Assembly (NCBI GenBank): GCA_963847185.1
Contig: CAWJYV010000010.1
Span: 256,001 to 320,000 of the forward strand
Source: an uncultured Methanosarcinaceae archaeon
GTDB taxonomy: Archaea > Halobacteriota > Methanosarcinia > Methanosarcinales > Methanosarcinaceae
Length of the DNA stretch: 64,000 nucleotides
Direction: 5' to 3'
Each line of letters starts with the position of its first letter. Positions within the stretch are counted from its first letter, which is position 1. This document shows, one piece after another, positions 63,839 through 64,000 of the stretch. The notes beneath the pieces are model-generated. The model ran no database searches. It had not been told where the DNA came from and saw only the letters and a program-made list of their open reading frames with translations. The position numbers and the translations under genes were made by a program.

Positions 63839-64000
63839 ACTTAAGTCTCCTACAAAACAAAATTTTTCAGGCAAATAAAAGTACAATACCAATAATAGGG
63901 CTAGTAGAGTCAATCAGAGAATCAATTGTAGAATCAATCATAGAGTCAGTAATTTTCCCCGAAACAACGAAGATTCAAAGAATCGAGGTGAAAATTGGAG

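Overview
This is archaeal chromosomal DNA, almost certainly Methanosarcina. Evidence: methanogenesis marker 8, aTrm56, an MTH865 protein, HisKA_2 kinases, GGAGG/GAGGTG Shine-Dalgarno motifs and AT-rich spacers. It mixes housekeeping and transport genes (PiT-DUF47, ABC exporters, dinB, paaK) with decayed accessory patches. Six signals stand out. (1) Four same-strand relics of the 3' end of a casposase (Cas1-like integrase) gene at about 14.8, 47.5, 52.7-53.1 and 54.8 kb, plus a probable casposon terminal repeat at about 14.35 kb. These sit beside duplicated genes (DUF3795 x2, a 104-aa membrane protein x2), an NLR-like STAND-TPR gene and a Schlafen/AlbA_2 tail. (2) An intact kaiC-kaiB-kaiB-PAS/HisKA_2 operon of the KaiA-less KaiC2 type. 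(3) A three-copy structured non-coding motif wrapped around an unannotated 46-aa zinc-ribbon gene. (4) Small genes missed by the ORF track: twin 25-aa ORFs, a 41-aa PAKK-rich basic protein and a 57-aa HTH protein. (5) Three genes that appear to start at CTG, ATA or ACG. (6) Several frameshifted genes, IS66/IS1182 remnants and MITEs. No tRNA, rRNA or CRISPR array was seen. Family assignments come from motif recognition and memory, not database searches.
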